A stretch of 50,566 nucleotides of DNA from an uncultured Clostridia bacterium. GTDB taxonomy: Bacteria; Bacillota; Clostridia; Christensenellales; CAG-314. Positions 9,667 to 21,637 of the stretch are shown here, in pieces (positions within the stretch are counted from its first letter, which is position 1; every line of letters starts with the position of its first letter). Made by a program: the position numbers and the translations under genes. A model generated the notes under the pieces. The model saw nothing but the letters and a program-made list of their open reading frames with translations, ran no database searches and was not told the origin of the DNA. Where the stretch lies: positions 1 through 50,566 of the forward strand of contig CANQJK010000003.1 in assembly GCA_947624235.1 (NCBI GenBank). The letters run 5' to 3'.

Positions 9667-10310
9667 ATTTGTCCTCCCATGCAAATTGCAAGAGCTTTTT
9701 CCACCCGCGACAGCCTGTCTGCCACGTCGGGATCTCCGCAACTGTGCAATATATTTGTCAATTTTGTCTGTTCCTTTTTCAAATAGGAAACAAAGTCCTC
9801 TGTCGGATGCGACAGATTGTCCGCGCCGAATTCCAATTCCAATTCGCTTAATTTTGGCGGATCGGCGCATATACAAGCCACTATCATGTCGTAGTACTTG
9901 CCGTCCGAAATTTTGCTGTCTTGCGTTATGCGATAGCTATCCGAAACAAACTCGCGCACCTCGCGAGCGTTGCGATTTGGTTGCAAAACAAGCATATGGG
10001 GTAGATTTTTTGCTTTGCGAAGAATGGAAATTATCTCCATTCCGCCCATGCCCGCGATAACCGCGCAGTCGCATTGCAAGTCTGCCAAGCCGTCCTGACA
10101 CACAAACGTCGCCCTGTCTTGCAGTTCGTCAGGGCAGTTTGCGCGAGCCTTGGACAGGCTTTTTGCAGATATATCCGCAAAGATCACCCGCTCTGCTATG
10201 TTCCGTTTCAACGCTTCTGTCCCGACGTAACCGTGGTCGCACCCGACGTCGGCTAATATGCGACACTCGGGCACAAGGCAGAGTAGCTTGTCCAACCTAC
10301 GCGACAACAT
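9663..10310 (-). CDS. trmK: tRNA (adenine22-N1)-methyltransferase
   Basis: ADVGCDHGY, IAGMGG and LVLQPN motifs. Canonical position after rpoD. Confidence 0.9.
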   Translation of the reverse strand: MLSRRLDKLLCLVPECRILADVGCDHGYVGTEALKRNIAERVIFADISAKSLSKARANCPDELQDRATFVCQDGLADLQCDCAVIAGMGGMEIISILRKAKNLPHMLVLQPNRNAREVREFVSDSYRITQDSKISDGKYYDMIVACICADPPKLSELELEFGADNLSHPTEDFVSYLKKEQTKLTNILHSCGDPDVADRLSRVEKALAICMGGQI

Positions 10311-11359
10311 CAGTCAAGGTAGTCGTGAAGCTTGCGCGAACGACTGGGGTTGCGAAGTTTGCGAAGCGCCTTAGCCTCTATTTGACGTATGCGTTCTCGC
10401 GTTACGTTAAATTCCTTGCCCACTTCTTCGAGGGTGCGTTGCTTGCCGTCGTCCAATCCGTAACGCAAACGAATTACCTTTTCTTCGCGCGGGGTAAGCT
10501 TGTGAAGCGCCTGTATCAGCTGTTCTCTGAGCATAGATTGCGCCGCAACGTCGCTTGGTGGCGTCGCCTTGGTGTCCTCGATGAAGTCTACCAAATGGCT
10601 GTCCTCTTCCTCGCCTATGGGCGTTTCCAAACTGACGGGATCCTGCGCGATCTTTTGTATCTCCACCACCTTTTCCACCGAAATGCCCATGTAGTCGGCT
10701 ATTTCCTGCGGAGTCGGTTCGCGTCCGAGATCCTGCAACAGCGTGCGTTGTGCACGAACTTGACGGTTGATCGTTTCCACCATGTGCACGGGTATGCGAA
10801 TGGTACGCGCTTGATCGGCAATGGCGCGGGTTATCGCCTGACGTATCCACCAGGTGGCATATGTACTGAACTTGAAGCCCTTGGTGTAGTCGAATTTCTC
10901 CACGGCTTTCATCAAACCGAGATTGCCCTCTTGTATCAGATCGAGAAACAACATTCCGCGTCCCACATAGCGCTTGGCAATGGATACCACCAAACGCAAA
11001 TTGGCTTCGGAAAGTTTTTTCTTTGCTTCCTCGTCGCCGTCCAACATACGTTTGGCAAGTTCCGCCTCCTCCTCGCTGGAAAGCAGAGGAACTTTGCCTA
11101 TATCTTTGAGATACATTTTGACGGGATCGTCCACCGCCACGTCTCCCATGTTGCGATACAATGCGGAGTTGTCCTTGTCGAAGGTGTCCACTATCTTTAT
11201 GCCGTTTTGTTCGAGATAGCGATAGATCTCGGCATTTTGCTCGGGAGTCAGATCGGTATGTTCCAAACGCGCGTCCAAGTCCTCATAGGATATCTTGGTG
11301 ACGCCACCCGTTTTGATATCGTCCAGCAGATCCTGCAAATATTTTTGTGTAATTTCCAT
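10310..11359 (-). CDS. rpoD: RNA polymerase primary sigma factor
   Basis: [46 protein letters not shown] and [14 protein letters not shown]. Confidence 0.98.
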   Translation of the reverse strand: MEITQKYLQDLLDDIKTGGVTKISYEDLDARLEHTDLTPEQNAEIYRYLEQNGIKIVDTFDKDNSALYRNMGDVAVDDPVKMYLKDIGKVPLLSSEEEAELAKRMLDGDEEAKKKLSEANLRLVVSIAKRYVGRGMLFLDLIQEGNLGLMKAVEKFDYTKGFKFSTYATWWIRQAITRAIADQARTIRIPVHMVETINRQVRAQRTLLQDLGREPTPQEIADYMGISVEKVVEIQKIAQDPVSLETPIGEEEDSHLVDFIEDTKATPPSDVAAQSMLREQLIQALHKLTPREEKVIRLRYGLDDGKQRTLEEVGKEFNVTRERIRQIEAKALRKLRNPSRSRKLHDYLD

Positions 11360-11371
11360 TTATTTCCTCCT

Positions 11372-13135
11372 TCACCGTGCGTCGGCGATTTGCTTGCTCA
11401 ACTTGTTCAGCTCTTCCAACAACGAGCCGTCATCGGGATTTTGTTTTATCTTTTTTAGCAGTAGATCGCGTTTGTGTTTGAGCGTTTCTACCGTTATAAG
11501 CCTTTTACATTCTTCAAAATAGCGTTTGTTGCGTTCCTGCTTGTCCGCAGAAAAGTCCACATCGACGATCTGCGCGTATTGCGCCTCCTCCGCATTGGGA
11601 CACACCGTGTAGATCATATCCATTGCGGGAGTGACGCCCTCTGCCTTGCACTGCAAAATGTAATCGAACAGCGCCGACAAAAACGATGTGTTGCACAGCG
11701 GTTTTTCCTCTAACGTTGCGTAGCTTTCGCCGTGCAAAATGCAGGATGCAACGTAATACTTGGCTTTGTCCTCGGGTGAAAGCGCGCCAACGGTCACTTC
11801 CGCCAGATCGGGCTTGTCTCCTTCGGCAAGTTTGCGCTTGATGTAGTCCTCGGAATAGCCCGTTTTCAACGAAACCGCCGTGATGTAGCGCGCCTGTCGC
11901 ACGTCGTCTAACGAACGCAACATGTTGAGCGCGCCCTTGACGTATTTGGGCAAAGCGTCGTTACGTTGCGTGCTGTCTCCGCTGTTGATGGGAAAAGTCG
12001 CGTCCAACAATTTGAGCTTGTAGTCGGGAAGGGGCAAAGCCTCCTTTATAAGCTGTTCAAACGCTTGCGCGCCGTATTTTTTGATGTATTCGTCGGGATC
12101 CAACTTTTCGGGCACAGTCATCACCTTTACTTCCAGTCCCGCCCTGTCCAGTATGTCCATTCCGCGCACCGTCGCCTTTTGCCCTGCGGAGTCGCCGTCG
12201 TAACATATGTACACAGTGTCGCTCAAACGAGAAAGCCACTTTGCCTGTTGCTCCGTAAGCGAAGTGCCCATGCTTGCCACCGCGCCTTTGAAGCCTGCCT
12301 GATACATGGCTATTACGTCCATGTAACCCTCTACCACCACCAGATAGGGCAAAGATGTGAGTTGTTTTTGCTCCTTGGCGATGTTTATGGCAAACAAATT
12401 GTCCTTTTTGACGAACAGGGGCGTTTCCGACGTGTTTTTGTACTTACCGCGCTCTATCGTCCTTTCGTCCAGACCGCGTCCGCCAAAGGCTATCACCTGT
12501 CCCTGCATGTTGAAAATGGGAATGATCAACCTGCCGTAGAGCGCGTCGTTGTACCCCTGTTTGGTTTGTTGGATAACACCGCACTTTACGCAATCTTCCA
12601 ATTTGAAACCGAGGCTTTGCAGGTGTTGCGGGAGCGCGTTGCCGTTGGGAGAGTAGCCGATACCGAATTTTTTTACCGTTTGCTCGTCAAACCCGCGCTT
12701 TGCCACATATCTGCGCGCAATTTCCCCCTTTTCGCCGTAGTAACAACGATAGTAGAAACGCGCCGTTTGACGGCATATATCCAGATAGGTCTCGCGCTTC
12801 TTTTTGCGCTCCGAGTATTCGACGTCCGATTTGTCGCGAGTGTTTTCGGGCATTTTGAGTCCTGCCCGTTTGGCAAGAATTTCCAACGCCTCGTAAAATG
12901 TGCAGGACTCGTACTTTTCCACAAACTTTATCACGTCGCCACTTTCTCCGCAACCGAAACATTTGTAAATCTGCAAGTTGCGGTTGACGTTGAAACTGGG
13001 CGTTTTTTCGCCGTGAAAAGGACAGCGCGCCATAAAGTTTGCACCGCTGTGACGAAGTTCGAGATATGAGCCGATAACGTCCACAATGTCGTTTGCACGC
13101 TTTACTTGTTGAATGAAATCTGTCCAGTCTGCCAT
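11372..13135 (-). CDS. dnaG: DNA primase
   Basis: CPFHGEKTPSF/CFGCG Zn finger, KYKNTSET, Toprim VVEGYMDV and YDGDSAG. Start placed at MADW. Confidence 0.97.
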   Translation of the reverse strand: MADWTDFIQQVKRANDIVDVIGSYLELRHSGANFMARCPFHGEKTPSFNVNRNLQIYKCFGCGESGDVIKFVEKYESCTFYEALEILAKRAGLKMPENTRDKSDVEYSERKKKRETYLDICRQTARFYYRCYYGEKGEIARRYVAKRGFDEQTVKKFGIGYSPNGNALPQHLQSLGFKLEDCVKCGVIQQTKQGYNDALYGRLIIPIFNMQGQVIAFGGRGLDERTIERGKYKNTSETPLFVKKDNLFAINIAKEQKQLTSLPYLVVVEGYMDVIAMYQAGFKGAVASMGTSLTEQQAKWLSRLSDTVYICYDGDSAGQKATVRGMDILDRAGLEVKVMTVPEKLDPDEYIKKYGAQAFEQLIKEALPLPDYKLKLLDATFPINSGDSTQRNDALPKYVKGALNMLRSLDDVRQARYITAVSLKTGYSEDYIKRKLAEGDKPDLAEVTVGALSPEDKAKYYVASCILHGESYATLEEKPLCNTSFLSALFDYILQCKAEGVTPAMDMIYTVCPNAEEAQYAQIVDVDFSADKQERNKRYFEECKRLITVETLKHKRDLLLKKIKQNPDDGSLLEELNKLSKQIADAR

Positions 13136-13359
13136 TGTACCTTTGTGCCTCGAAAATGTCGATCTGAGTAAAATAACCATGGAAATGTCGCAAAAATGCC
13201 AAAGCAATGCTATTTTTTACAAATTCCCACATTTTCCTATTTATAAATACCGCCCAAAAACAAAAATTCCCCTAAAAAATGTCACAAAAAATAAAAAATT
13301 GAAAAAAGCGCACAGACGATCAAGATCTACCGGGCGCTTTTTGTCGAAATTTTTTACAA

Positions 13360-13986
13360 TCAGGAGTTTATGATATCTTTCACTTTCATCAGTCGCACCG
13401 TTGCCGAGCGTTCGCTCTCGTCCAACTTCATCTTGATGTACTTGATGGTTTCCGTCAATTGCGGGATCATGATGTTTTCCAAGGCATTGACGCGACGTTT
13501 GTTCTTTTCTATCTCCTCGGCAAGCATGTTACAGCATTTTTCCACCTCTGCAAGCTGTACCAACTTTACGAGCACGTCGTTAAGTCCGCGCACCGATTCG
13601 TCCAACTTGCCCGTTACGGACAAAAAGCTGTATGGATACAGATCCTCGCCTGCGTTGTCGGAAATTTTGACGGAGGGCACCTCGATACCCATTATCTTGC
13701 GCTTGGAGCACTCCAACGTGACCTTGCGCGCAGGCATCAATATCGCCTCTTCCACCACGCGAGCGTCCGTTGTTGCGCGCGCCTTGGCAAAGGCTGTCAA
13801 CGCTTGACAAAGTTCCGCCTCCGTTTCCAGACGAAGCCGTTTGTTTTCTTCGGCAAGGGCGATGAAACGGCGCACCATTTCATCCGTCTTGTCCTTTAAT
13901 AGTTTGTGTCCCCTTACGGCTGTCCTGAGGCGACCTTGAAGGCGCTTCATCTCCATGCGCGTGGGGTTGACGTTCATAACTGCCAT
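13360..13986 (-). CDS. ntpD: V/A-type ATP synthase subunit D
   Basis: PTRMEM...GHKLLKDK and RRVNALE. Operon position. Confidence 0.95.
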   Translation of the reverse strand: MAVMNVNPTRMEMKRLQGRLRTAVRGHKLLKDKTDEMVRRFIALAEENKRLRLETEAELCQALTAFAKARATTDARVVEEAILMPARKVTLECSKRKIMGIEVPSVKISDNAGEDLYPYSFLSVTGKLDESVRGLNDVLVKLVQLAEVEKCCNMLAEEIEKNKRRVNALENIMIPQLTETIKYIKMKLDESERSATVRLMKVKDIINS

Positions 13987-13989
13987 TTG

Positions 13990-15369
13990 TTACTCCGTTA
14001 TCGGTTTGTAGTACTTGTCTAACATGTCTTCCGAAATACGTTTGAGTTCGCTTCTCGGCAAAATGCCCAACAGTTCCCAACCGAGATCCAGCGTTTCCTC
14101 GATCGTACGGTTGGTGGTAAAGCCCTGCGCGATGTAGCGTTTTTCAAATTCTCCCGCAAACTTGGCGTACAATTTGTCGGTGTCGGATAACGCCGATTCG
14201 CCGAGTATAGCCGAAAGTTCCTTGGCTTCCTTGCCCTGAGCGTATGCAGAAAACAGTTGGTTCATTGTGCTGGCGTGATCTTCGCGCGTCTTGCCTACGC
14301 CTATACCCTTGTCCTTCAAACGGGACAAACTGGGCAACACGTCGATAGGGGGATTGTAACCGCGTTTGTACAGTTCGCGCGACAAAATGATCTGCCCTTC
14401 CGTAATGTACCCCGTAAGGTCGGGAATGGGGTGCGTTTTGTCGTCTTCGGGCATGGACAAAATGGGTATTTGCGTGATACTGCCCTTGCAACCGTGGATA
14501 CGTCCCGCGCGTTCGTACAACTGAGCGAGGTCGGTGTACATGTATCCGGGATAACCGCGACGTCCCGGCACTTCCTTGCGTGCGGCGGAGGTTTCGCGCA
14601 ATGCCTCGGCGTAGTTGGTGATGTCGGTAAGTATCACCAACACCTGCATGCCCTTTTCGAATGCAAGATATTCGGCAGCCGTCAACGCCATACGGGGCGT
14701 GGAAATACGCTCGATAGCGGGATCGTTGGCGAGGTTGATGAACATGACCGTCCTTTCGATAGCGCCTGTTTTGTTGAAGTCTTTGATAAAGTAGTCCGCT
14801 TCCTCGTAGGTAATGCCTATCGCCCCGAACACAACGGCGAACTTTTCGTCGTTGCCGAGCACTCGTGCCTGACGCGCTATCTGCGCGGCAAGTTGTGCAT
14901 GAGGCAGACCGCTTGCGGAGAAAACAGGCAACTTTTGTCCCCTTACCAGGGTGTTTAGCCCGTCGATGGCGGATATTCCCGTCTGGATAAATTCGTTGGG
15001 ATAATCGCGCGCATAGGGGTTTATGGGTTGACCGTTGATGTCCAACCTTTCGTCGGCTATTATCTGCGCTCCGCCGTCAATGGGTTCTCCCATTCCGTTG
15101 AAAACGCGTCCGAGCATGTCTTCCGATACGGCAAGTTCCAGACTGCGCCCCAAAAAACGCGCCTTGGCTGTGGATATTTTGAGCCCTTGCGTGCCTTCGA
15201 ACAGCTGAACAAGCGCTCTGTCGCCGTTTACTTCCAATACTTTGCCCTTGCGCACTTCGCCGTTTTCCTGCTTGATCTCGACAAGCTCGTTGTAGCTTAC
15301 GCCCTGTACATGGTCCACAAGCATAAGCGGTCCCACCACTTCGCGAATGGTTTTGTATTCTTTAAGCAT
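13990..15369 (-). CDS. ntpB: V/A-type ATP synthase subunit B
   Basis: [23 protein letters not shown] and [12 protein letters not shown]. Confidence 0.97.
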   Translation of the reverse strand: MLKEYKTIREVVGPLMLVDHVQGVSYNELVEIKQENGEVRKGKVLEVNGDRALVQLFEGTQGLKISTAKARFLGRSLELAVSEDMLGRVFNGMGEPIDGGAQIIADERLDINGQPINPYARDYPNEFIQTGISAIDGLNTLVRGQKLPVFSASGLPHAQLAAQIARQARVLGNDEKFAVVFGAIGITYEEADYFIKDFNKTGAIERTVMFINLANDPAIERISTPRMALTAAEYLAFEKGMQVLVILTDITNYAEALRETSAARKEVPGRRGYPGYMYTDLAQLYERAGRIHGCKGSITQIPILSMPEDDKTHPIPDLTGYITEGQIILSRELYKRGYNPPIDVLPSLSRLKDKGIGVGKTREDHASTMNQLFSAYAQGKEAKELSAILGESALSDTDKLYAKFAGEFEKRYIAQGFTTNRTIEETLDLGWELLGILPRSELKRISEDMLDKYYKPITE

Positions 15370-17119
15370 TGGCATCTCCTTTGTTTACAAGCGCGCTTAT
15401 CTCCTTTTTGAGATTGCGCTCTATATCGTCAAAACGGTCTATGTGCGATTCCTCTATGTATTTACTGCGTCCTATCTGCTCGCGGACGGACAAGCCCAGC
15501 AGATCTTTAAGTTCCACTCCCTTGTCCAACGCGTCCAGCGCCTCGTGATAGAAACCGAGTATCAACCTCATCATGCGGTACTGTTTGTTCAACGAAGTAT
15601 ATGTGTCCACGTCGTGAAAAGCGTTTTGGTGCAAATAGTCCTCTCTGATAGATTTGGCGGTTTCCATTGTGAGGCGATCGCGCGCGCCCAAAGCGTCCAT
15701 ACCCACCAAACGAACGATTTCGTTTAGCTGATTTTCCTCTTGAAGCACAAAACTGAGTTCCGTTTTGAGGGCATTGAAATCTTCCGCCACGTTGTCCGCG
15801 TACCAATCTTCCAATTTGTCGTCATAGAGCGAGTAGCTTGTCAACCAATCGATCGCGGGGAAATGGCGTCTGTAAGCAAGTTGAGCGGAAAGTCCCCAAA
15901 ACACCTTTACTATGCGCAAAGTCGCCTGCGACACGGGTTCGGAAAGGTCTCCGCCGGGAGGCGACACCGCCCCTATTGCGGAAATTGCGCCCACCGTGTC
16001 CGAACTACCCAACACATGCACTATTCCCGCACGCTCGTAGAACTCCGCAAGACGGCTGGCAAGGTAGGCAGGATAGCCCTCTTCGCCCGGCATTTCCTCC
16101 AAACGTCCGCTCATTTCGCGCAAAGCCTCCGCCCAACGGGAAGTGCTGTCCGCCATGATAGCCACAGTGTAACCCATATCGCGGAAGTATTCCGCAATGG
16201 TGATGCCCGTGTAGATGCTCGCTTCGCGCGCGGCAACGGGCATGTCGCTTGTGTTGGCGATCAAAACCGTGCGTTTCATCAACGGTTCGCCAGTACGCGG
16301 ATCCTTCAACTCGGGAAATTCGCGCAGAACGTCCGTCATTTCGTTTCCGCGTTCTCCGCAACCAACATAAACTATGATGTCGGCGTCCGCCCACTTGGCA
16401 AGTTGGTGCTGGACTACCGTTTTTCCGCTTCCGAATGGTCCCGGAACGGCCGCGACGCCTCCCTTTGCAATGGGAAATAGGGTGTCTATTACGCGTTGTC
16501 CCGTAACCATGGGCAGGTCGGGCGCCATTTTGGATTTGTAGGGACGTCCCTTACGCACGGGCCAACGTTGCAACATGCACAGTTGACGTCCGTCCACCTT
16601 GGCTACGGTTTCCGTGACGGTGAAGTCCCCTTCCGCCTCGATAAAGTCCACCGTGCCCTCGGTGCCTACGGGAACAAGAATTTTGTGCAAAACCACCTTT
16701 GTTTCCTGCACGGTACCCAACACGTCTCCCGCGGTCACCCTGTCTCCGACTTTAACTGCGGGCACAAAGTGCCACTTGCGGTTGCGATCCAGCGAATTCA
16801 CTTCTATCCCGCGCGCTATACGGTTGCCCGACACCTGCACGAGCACGTTTAACGGACGTTGGATACCGTCGAAAATACTCTCGATGAGTCCCGGTCCCAG
16901 TTCTACCGAAAGGGGCGCGCCCGTAGATTCCACTTCGTCGCCGACGGTGAGACCGCTTGTTTCCTCGTAGACCTGAATACTGGCTTTGTCCCCTCTCAAC
17001 TCGATAACTTCGCCGATCAGTTTTTTGTCCGACACCTTGACGACGTCGTACATTTCCACGTCGGCAAGTCCTTCTGCCACTATCAACGGTCCGCTGACTT
17101 TTACTATTCTTCCTTTCAT
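15362..17119 (-). CDS. ntpA: V/A-type ATP synthase subunit A
   Basis: Walker [18 protein letters not shown] and [12 protein letters not shown]. Confidence 0.97.
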   Translation of the reverse strand: MKGRIVKVSGPLIVAEGLADVEMYDVVKVSDKKLIGEVIELRGDKASIQVYEETSGLTVGDEVESTGAPLSVELGPGLIESIFDGIQRPLNVLVQVSGNRIARGIEVNSLDRNRKWHFVPAVKVGDRVTAGDVLGTVQETKVVLHKILVPVGTEGTVDFIEAEGDFTVTETVAKVDGRQLCMLQRWPVRKGRPYKSKMAPDLPMVTGQRVIDTLFPIAKGGVAAVPGPFGSGKTVVQHQLAKWADADIIVYVGCGERGNEMTDVLREFPELKDPRTGEPLMKRTVLIANTSDMPVAAREASIYTGITIAEYFRDMGYTVAIMADSTSRWAEALREMSGRLEEMPGEEGYPAYLASRLAEFYERAGIVHVLGSSDTVGAISAIGAVSPPGGDLSEPVSQATLRIVKVFWGLSAQLAYRRHFPAIDWLTSYSLYDDKLEDWYADNVAEDFNALKTELSFVLQEENQLNEIVRLVGMDALGARDRLTMETAKSIREDYLHQNAFHDVDTYTSLNKQYRMMRLILGFYHEALDALDKGVELKDLLGLSVREQIGRSKYIEESHIDRFDDIERNLKKEISALVNKGDANA

Positions 17120-17448
17120 CACTTTTCCTCTTTGTTGAAAATTATATCCACGCCGATAGCCTTTTCCACGTCGCTCTTGATACCGCTCAAACCGAAACCC
17201 GTCGGCTCATTCGTCGTGGGAATGGGCACCACCGCGGGGTAAGTTTGCAATTTGGCTTTTTGAAGCGTTTCGGGAATTTGCTCGGCAAGGCCCTCCGCAA
17301 TGAAAACCACCGCGTAGTCTCCCTGCGAAAGCTTTTTTATCAAATGCTGTGCCTCCTCAGCCGTCACTGCGTCAAAAACTTCAACGCCCACCGCCTTGAA
17401 TGCCAGCACACTGTCCTTGTCTCCGATAACTGCGATCTTGTTAGGCAT
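17119..17448 (-). CDS. V/A-type ATP synthase subunit F
   Basis: [14 protein letters not shown]...EKAIGVDI. Confidence 0.92.
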   Translation of the reverse strand: MPNKIAVIGDKDSVLAFKAVGVEVFDAVTAEEAQHLIKKLSQGDYAVVFIAEGLAEQIPETLQKAKLQTYPAVVPIPTTNEPTGFGLSGIKSDVEKAIGVDIIFNKEEK

Positions 17449-18386
17449 TACTTCAAATTATCCTTTATTTTGTCTTTGTCTACGCCGTTTTTGATGTCTA
17501 CGAGCAGACGGCGCACCAGTTCCGTTTCCGCCACCTTTTTGAAGAAGTACTCCAACGCTGGTTGAACGGTAAGCGGATCGGCATATGCCTTTATCAACGC
17601 CTGACGTTGCGCGTCCAACTCTTTTTCGGCGTCGGAGGAGAGAAATATCTTTCTCGCTTGCTCCGTCAAGTCGTTTGCCGTGATCTTGCCCTGCCACAAT
17701 GCCGAAAGCGTTTGCGCGTTGACGCTACCGCCCTCTACTGTCCAGTCCTTCAACTTTTCCTCGTCGTAATCGGCTTTTTTGAGCCTGTCGATGAGCAAAA
17801 GGTTTGCACTGTCTATTTCCAAACGACACAGCCCTGTTATCAGGCGAGAATGAGATCTCTTTGCAAAACGCCTCATATCCTCAAAACACGCCCTGTCCAA
17901 CAGTCTGTCTATCACCTGCGGAGAGCGATTGCCGTTGGCGTATTCGGCGTCTATGCCGTCGCACGCTTCCGCCATCGTTTTGCCGAAAAGCGAGTAGTCG
18001 TCGTTGTTGAAGCAGTCGCGCATGGTTTCGGGCGAATATGTAGCCTGTTCAAAGCAATTGTCCCGCACATCCAAACGCATGTACTTGCCCTTCATGAGCA
18101 CCTTTGCGTTAAGATAGTCGTACTTGCAAAGCAGGTAGCGAAGGGCATTGGCATTGCAACACAATTCCTTGATGTCCTTCATCACGATATCCAACTCGGC
18201 GCGAATGACCTTTTCGTAGTCGTTGGGGTTTGTGACCGTAGTGCCTGCCCCATAGGAAACTTCGTTGAGCACATGCAACGCTTCCGATAACGTGGCGCAA
18301 TCCGCAAGACGGGCAAACTTGTCTGCCCCCAACATACGGGTAGACATCACCGCAATACGTCCGTTGGCAAAAAGTTGTTCACTCAT
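17448..18386 (-). CDS. ntpC: V/A-type ATP synthase subunit C (d)
   Basis: ANGRIAV, YDYLNAKVLMK and IDSANL patterns. Operon position. Confidence 0.85.
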   Translation of the reverse strand: MSEQLFANGRIAVMSTRMLGADKFARLADCATLSEALHVLNEVSYGAGTTVTNPNDYEKVIRAELDIVMKDIKELCCNANALRYLLCKYDYLNAKVLMKGKYMRLDVRDNCFEQATYSPETMRDCFNNDDYSLFGKTMAEACDGIDAEYANGNRSPQVIDRLLDRACFEDMRRFAKRSHSRLITGLCRLEIDSANLLLIDRLKKADYDEEKLKDWTVEGGSVNAQTLSALWQGKITANDLTEQARKIFLSSDAEKELDAQRQALIKAYADPLTVQPALEYFFKKVAETELVRRLLVDIKNGVDKDKIKDNLK

Positions 18387-18957
18387 CGCGTACTCCCAAA
18401 AGCGTGGCGACCTGCGTTTCCGTTTGCTCGCGCAGATACCGCACGACGCTGTTCAAAGTGAGGTCCTTTTCGTAACCTTCGCCTTCCAGCACTATTCCGC
18501 CGTCGGCGACTATGCGCCTGTTTCCCAATTTGAGACCGCGCTCAAAGCCGTTGAGCCACAACTGCGTCACCAACTTGGCGTCCTTTGCCGTGACGTACAC
18601 AGTTTCGCCCCTTTCGGAGTGCTTTTCTATCAGCGCGCCGATGAGATCCAGCCTATCCTCATCGTTGAGGCGGGCAAGACGTTCATGTACCTCGTCGTAA
18701 CAACGGGCAATAAGTGCCTGTTTGGCGTTTAGGCGATATTTCTTGGCGTCCAACTCGGCGTTGGATATCGCGTTACGTTCACGCTCGGCACAATTGAGGG
18801 AAAGTTTGGCGTCCAACGCTTCCCTGTCCTTGGCGACCTGTTCGCGCGTTTCCTCCACCAATGCGTTAGCACGGGTATGTGCCGAAGATATTATCTCCTC
18901 GCATCTTGCGTCGGCGTCCGAAAGTATTTTGTTAATAATGTTTTCCTTGCCGTTCAT
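18379..18957 (-). CDS. ntpE: V/A-type ATP synthase subunit E
   Basis: IINKILSDA coiled coil and GGIVL C-terminal motif. Operon position. Confidence 0.88.
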   Translation of the reverse strand: MNGKENIINKILSDADARCEEIISSAHTRANALVEETREQVAKDREALDAKLSLNCAERERNAISNAELDAKKYRLNAKQALIARCYDEVHERLARLNDEDRLDLIGALIEKHSERGETVYVTAKDAKLVTQLWLNGFERGLKLGNRRIVADGGIVLEGEGYEKDLTLNSVVRYLREQTETQVATLLGVRDE

Positions 18958-18974
18958 TTTGTCCTCGTACAAAG

Positions 18975-19538
18975 TCAGGCGCCAACAAACATTCCGAGCA
19001 GAGCTTTGGCCGGTTCCGTTACGGTTTCGGGCTTTGTTACGATGTTGCCGATGCTATCCAGCGGGATGTTGTTGAACATCATGATAGATACTACCAAACC
19101 GAGCAATGCGTAAAACTCTATCATTGCGGGGAATATTATGGATTTGGCCGCGATCTCGCCCTTTTTGCCCACAGCGATTATCGTCGTCGCCGCGGTACGT
19201 CCCTGCAAGTAAGCGGAAACGGCTCCGCCTATCATCATGGGCAAGCAAGCCCCAAAGACGTTCCAGCCCTGAGCATTGATCTGTGCAAAAGTTACGCCAT
19301 CGGGCAAATTGGCGGTTATGGGCAGATGACTTGCGCCGAGAATGGCGATAAGAAAGCCGTAAATACCCTGCGTTGCGGGCAACAGCGAAAGCACGATGAC
19401 CTTGCTGAATTTGCTTGGATCTTCGCTCAGCACGCCTGCGGAAGCCTTGCCTGTGGCTTCGAGTCCCAAACCGGAACCGATACCGCACAAAAGCGCTGTC
19501 AATACCAAACCGATGATACCTATTGTTAATCCTGTCAT
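18975..19538 (-). CDS. ntpK: V/A-type ATP synthase rotor subunit K (c)
   Basis: Four TM helices, LLPATQGIYG and MIEFYA. Confidence 0.93.
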   Translation of the reverse strand: MTGLTIGIIGLVLTALLCGIGSGLGLEATGKASAGVLSEDPSKFSKVIVLSLLPATQGIYGFLIAILGASHLPITANLPDGVTFAQINAQGWNVFGACLPMMIGGAVSAYLQGRTAATTIIAVGKKGEIAAKSIIFPAMIEFYALLGLVVSIMMFNNIPLDSIGNIVTKPETVTEPAKALLGMFVGA

Positions 19539-19612
19539 TTTTTGTTTTCCTCCGTTAGGATAAATTTAATTTGTTGTATATTGCGTCCGAGACAAACTCG
19601 GAAACATTCGTA

Positions 19613-21637
19613 TTATTTTACCAAGGTGTACTTGGTGTCACTGCCAAAGGGCACAAACAGTTGCCCGTCGCCCGTGTAGAACTTGCCGAAAAACTCGACA
19701 TATTGCAATCTTCCGTCGTGAATGTACACGCTGAGTATGCCCATAACAAGGTTGAACATGTGCGCAAACACCAGCACCACGGCGGCGAACACATAGCCCA
19801 CTCCGCCTCCGCTTGCGACCATTCCCGCAAGGGTGTTGATGACAGTGCCCATGATAGCCGAACTGAGCATAATACCGAACACGCGGATGTAGCTCATGAT
19901 ATCGCTGAAATAGTTGATTATTCCGTAGGCGCTGCCGAAACTTTTTATCACTTTGCCCAAAAAGCCCTTTGTGCCCAAACCTGCGCAGACAAGGGCGACG
20001 GCAAGCGCGCCGATGCAAACGTAGAGGCTTATCTGCCCCACGAGGGGAGGCAGTCTCAACGCCTCATAAGGTCCGTAACCTGCCATATCCAAAGCCATAT
20101 TGAATATTGCCAACACAAAGGTCGCAAAGACGATTATCCACGGGAAATCGACAAGCCAAGCGGAAAGGTGTTGCTTGTGCTTTATCTTTACCGCCATGTT
20201 GCAACCTATGCCTGCAATTATGTGCACCACGCCGAACAAAAGGGAGATGATCATCATCACCATGGGATAGGTGCTCGGATCGGGAATTATGCCGTTGTGC
20301 AACGGGTGAGCGGGATCGGGAAACACTTTGTCCCATATGGTGTAGGAAAATACGCTTCCGAACAGCACTCCCACCGCAATTGCGGATATTCCGCAAATAC
20401 CGAAGAGCATAAGCATTGTGCGTATGCCCGTTTTCTGCTTGATGAGGGTGCCTGCGCAAATTCCCGCAACAAGCAACAACAGCCCGTAGCCGATATCCGC
20501 CACCATCAGCCCGAAAATTATAAAGTAAAACACGGACATGACGGGGTTGGGATCTATCTCGTGATAGTCGGGAACAGAATAACTGTTGGTCACAAACTCA
20601 AACGGTTCCGTCAATTTGTTGTTGCGCGTGAGCGTGGGCGCAAATTCCTCGTCGCCTATCTCGTAGAAACACAGCACCATATTGTCCGACACCTTGCCGA
20701 GAGCGTCCCTGACAAGTTGTTCGTCCTCGGCAGGACAAAAGCCTTCCAAAACAAATGTGCTTACGCTCTGCACCACATCGCCGTCGGCGCGAAGTTTCTT
20801 TTCGCAAAGGGAAAGCCAATCGACGTACACTTTCCACTGCGGTATCTCTTCGGCAAACCGCGCAAGCTCGCCGTTGATATCGGCAATTTGTTGCTCTATG
20901 CCGTTGATTTGGCGTTCCAGATCTTCCAACAACACGCGAGGCAACACTTCGGTTGCGATGTTGCAACGGGAAAATCCCAACGAAACGGCTTTGTCGAAAA
21001 AGGAGTTTTCGCTTTTGTGCGCGACAATGACCACCGCAACGTTTTCCGTGCCTTCGCCGATTTGCTCGACGGTGACGGTTTCGTACTCTTCCTTTAACGA
21101 GTGCAAGTTTTTCACTTCGCTTGCGGGAATTTGCCCCAGCGCCACCGAGGCGTGTTCCGTGTCGTGATACCAAACCGTCGGGTGCGGAAGTTCGCCGTAC
21201 ACAGCCAGTTTTGCCACTTCCGCAAGTTTGTTCTGTTTGAGCGCGCCGAGGCGAGCAAGCTCCTCTTTGAGTTCGTCCGCTTTGGACAGCGACCGCTCTA
21301 TCGACTCGGCATTCTGCCCGAAGTTCAGGAAGTAGTCGTAGTCTATCTCCGTGCGAGGGCGGGCAATGCTGTTTTTGGCAACGACTATTTTGCCCTCCTT
21401 TTTGTGGGAGGCGTTATACAAACTTGCCTTTTCTTCCGCATAGGCAATATTTTCCTCTACACGCGCTATCTTGCCCAAAAGTTGCTCGCGCGACTGCGAT
21501 TCATCCGCCGAAGTGAAACTTTGTATATCCGCACTGCGTTTTAACTGAACGCAACCGCACCGAACAATGCTGTCGTAGATACGCTCTCTGTCGCAATTTA
21601 GCGCCAACAGAGTGAACCTTTTCATTTTTACGATCAT
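19613..21637 (-). CDS. ntpI: V/A-type ATP synthase subunit I (a)
   Basis: PDYHEIDP, FGLMVADIGYG, SDIMSYIR and RLQYVEFFGKFY. Confidence 0.95.
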   Translation of the reverse strand: MIVKMKRFTLLALNCDRERIYDSIVRCGCVQLKRSADIQSFTSADESQSREQLLGKIARVEENIAYAEEKASLYNASHKKEGKIVVAKNSIARPRTEIDYDYFLNFGQNAESIERSLSKADELKEELARLGALKQNKLAEVAKLAVYGELPHPTVWYHDTEHASVALGQIPASEVKNLHSLKEEYETVTVEQIGEGTENVAVVIVAHKSENSFFDKAVSLGFSRCNIATEVLPRVLLEDLERQINGIEQQIADINGELARFAEEIPQWKVYVDWLSLCEKKLRADGDVVQSVSTFVLEGFCPAEDEQLVRDALGKVSDNMVLCFYEIGDEEFAPTLTRNNKLTEPFEFVTNSYSVPDYHEIDPNPVMSVFYFIIFGLMVADIGYGLLLLVAGICAGTLIKQKTGIRTMLMLFGICGISAIAVGVLFGSVFSYTIWDKVFPDPAHPLHNGIIPDPSTYPMVMMIISLLFGVVHIIAGIGCNMAVKIKHKQHLSAWLVDFPWIIVFATFVLAIFNMALDMAGYGPYEALRLPPLVGQISLYVCIGALAVALVCAGLGTKGFLGKVIKSFGSAYGIINYFSDIMSYIRVFGIMLSSAIMGTVINTLAGMVASGGGVGYVFAAVVLVFAHMFNLVMGILSVYIHDGRLQYVEFFGKFYTGDGQLFVPFGSDTKYTLVK

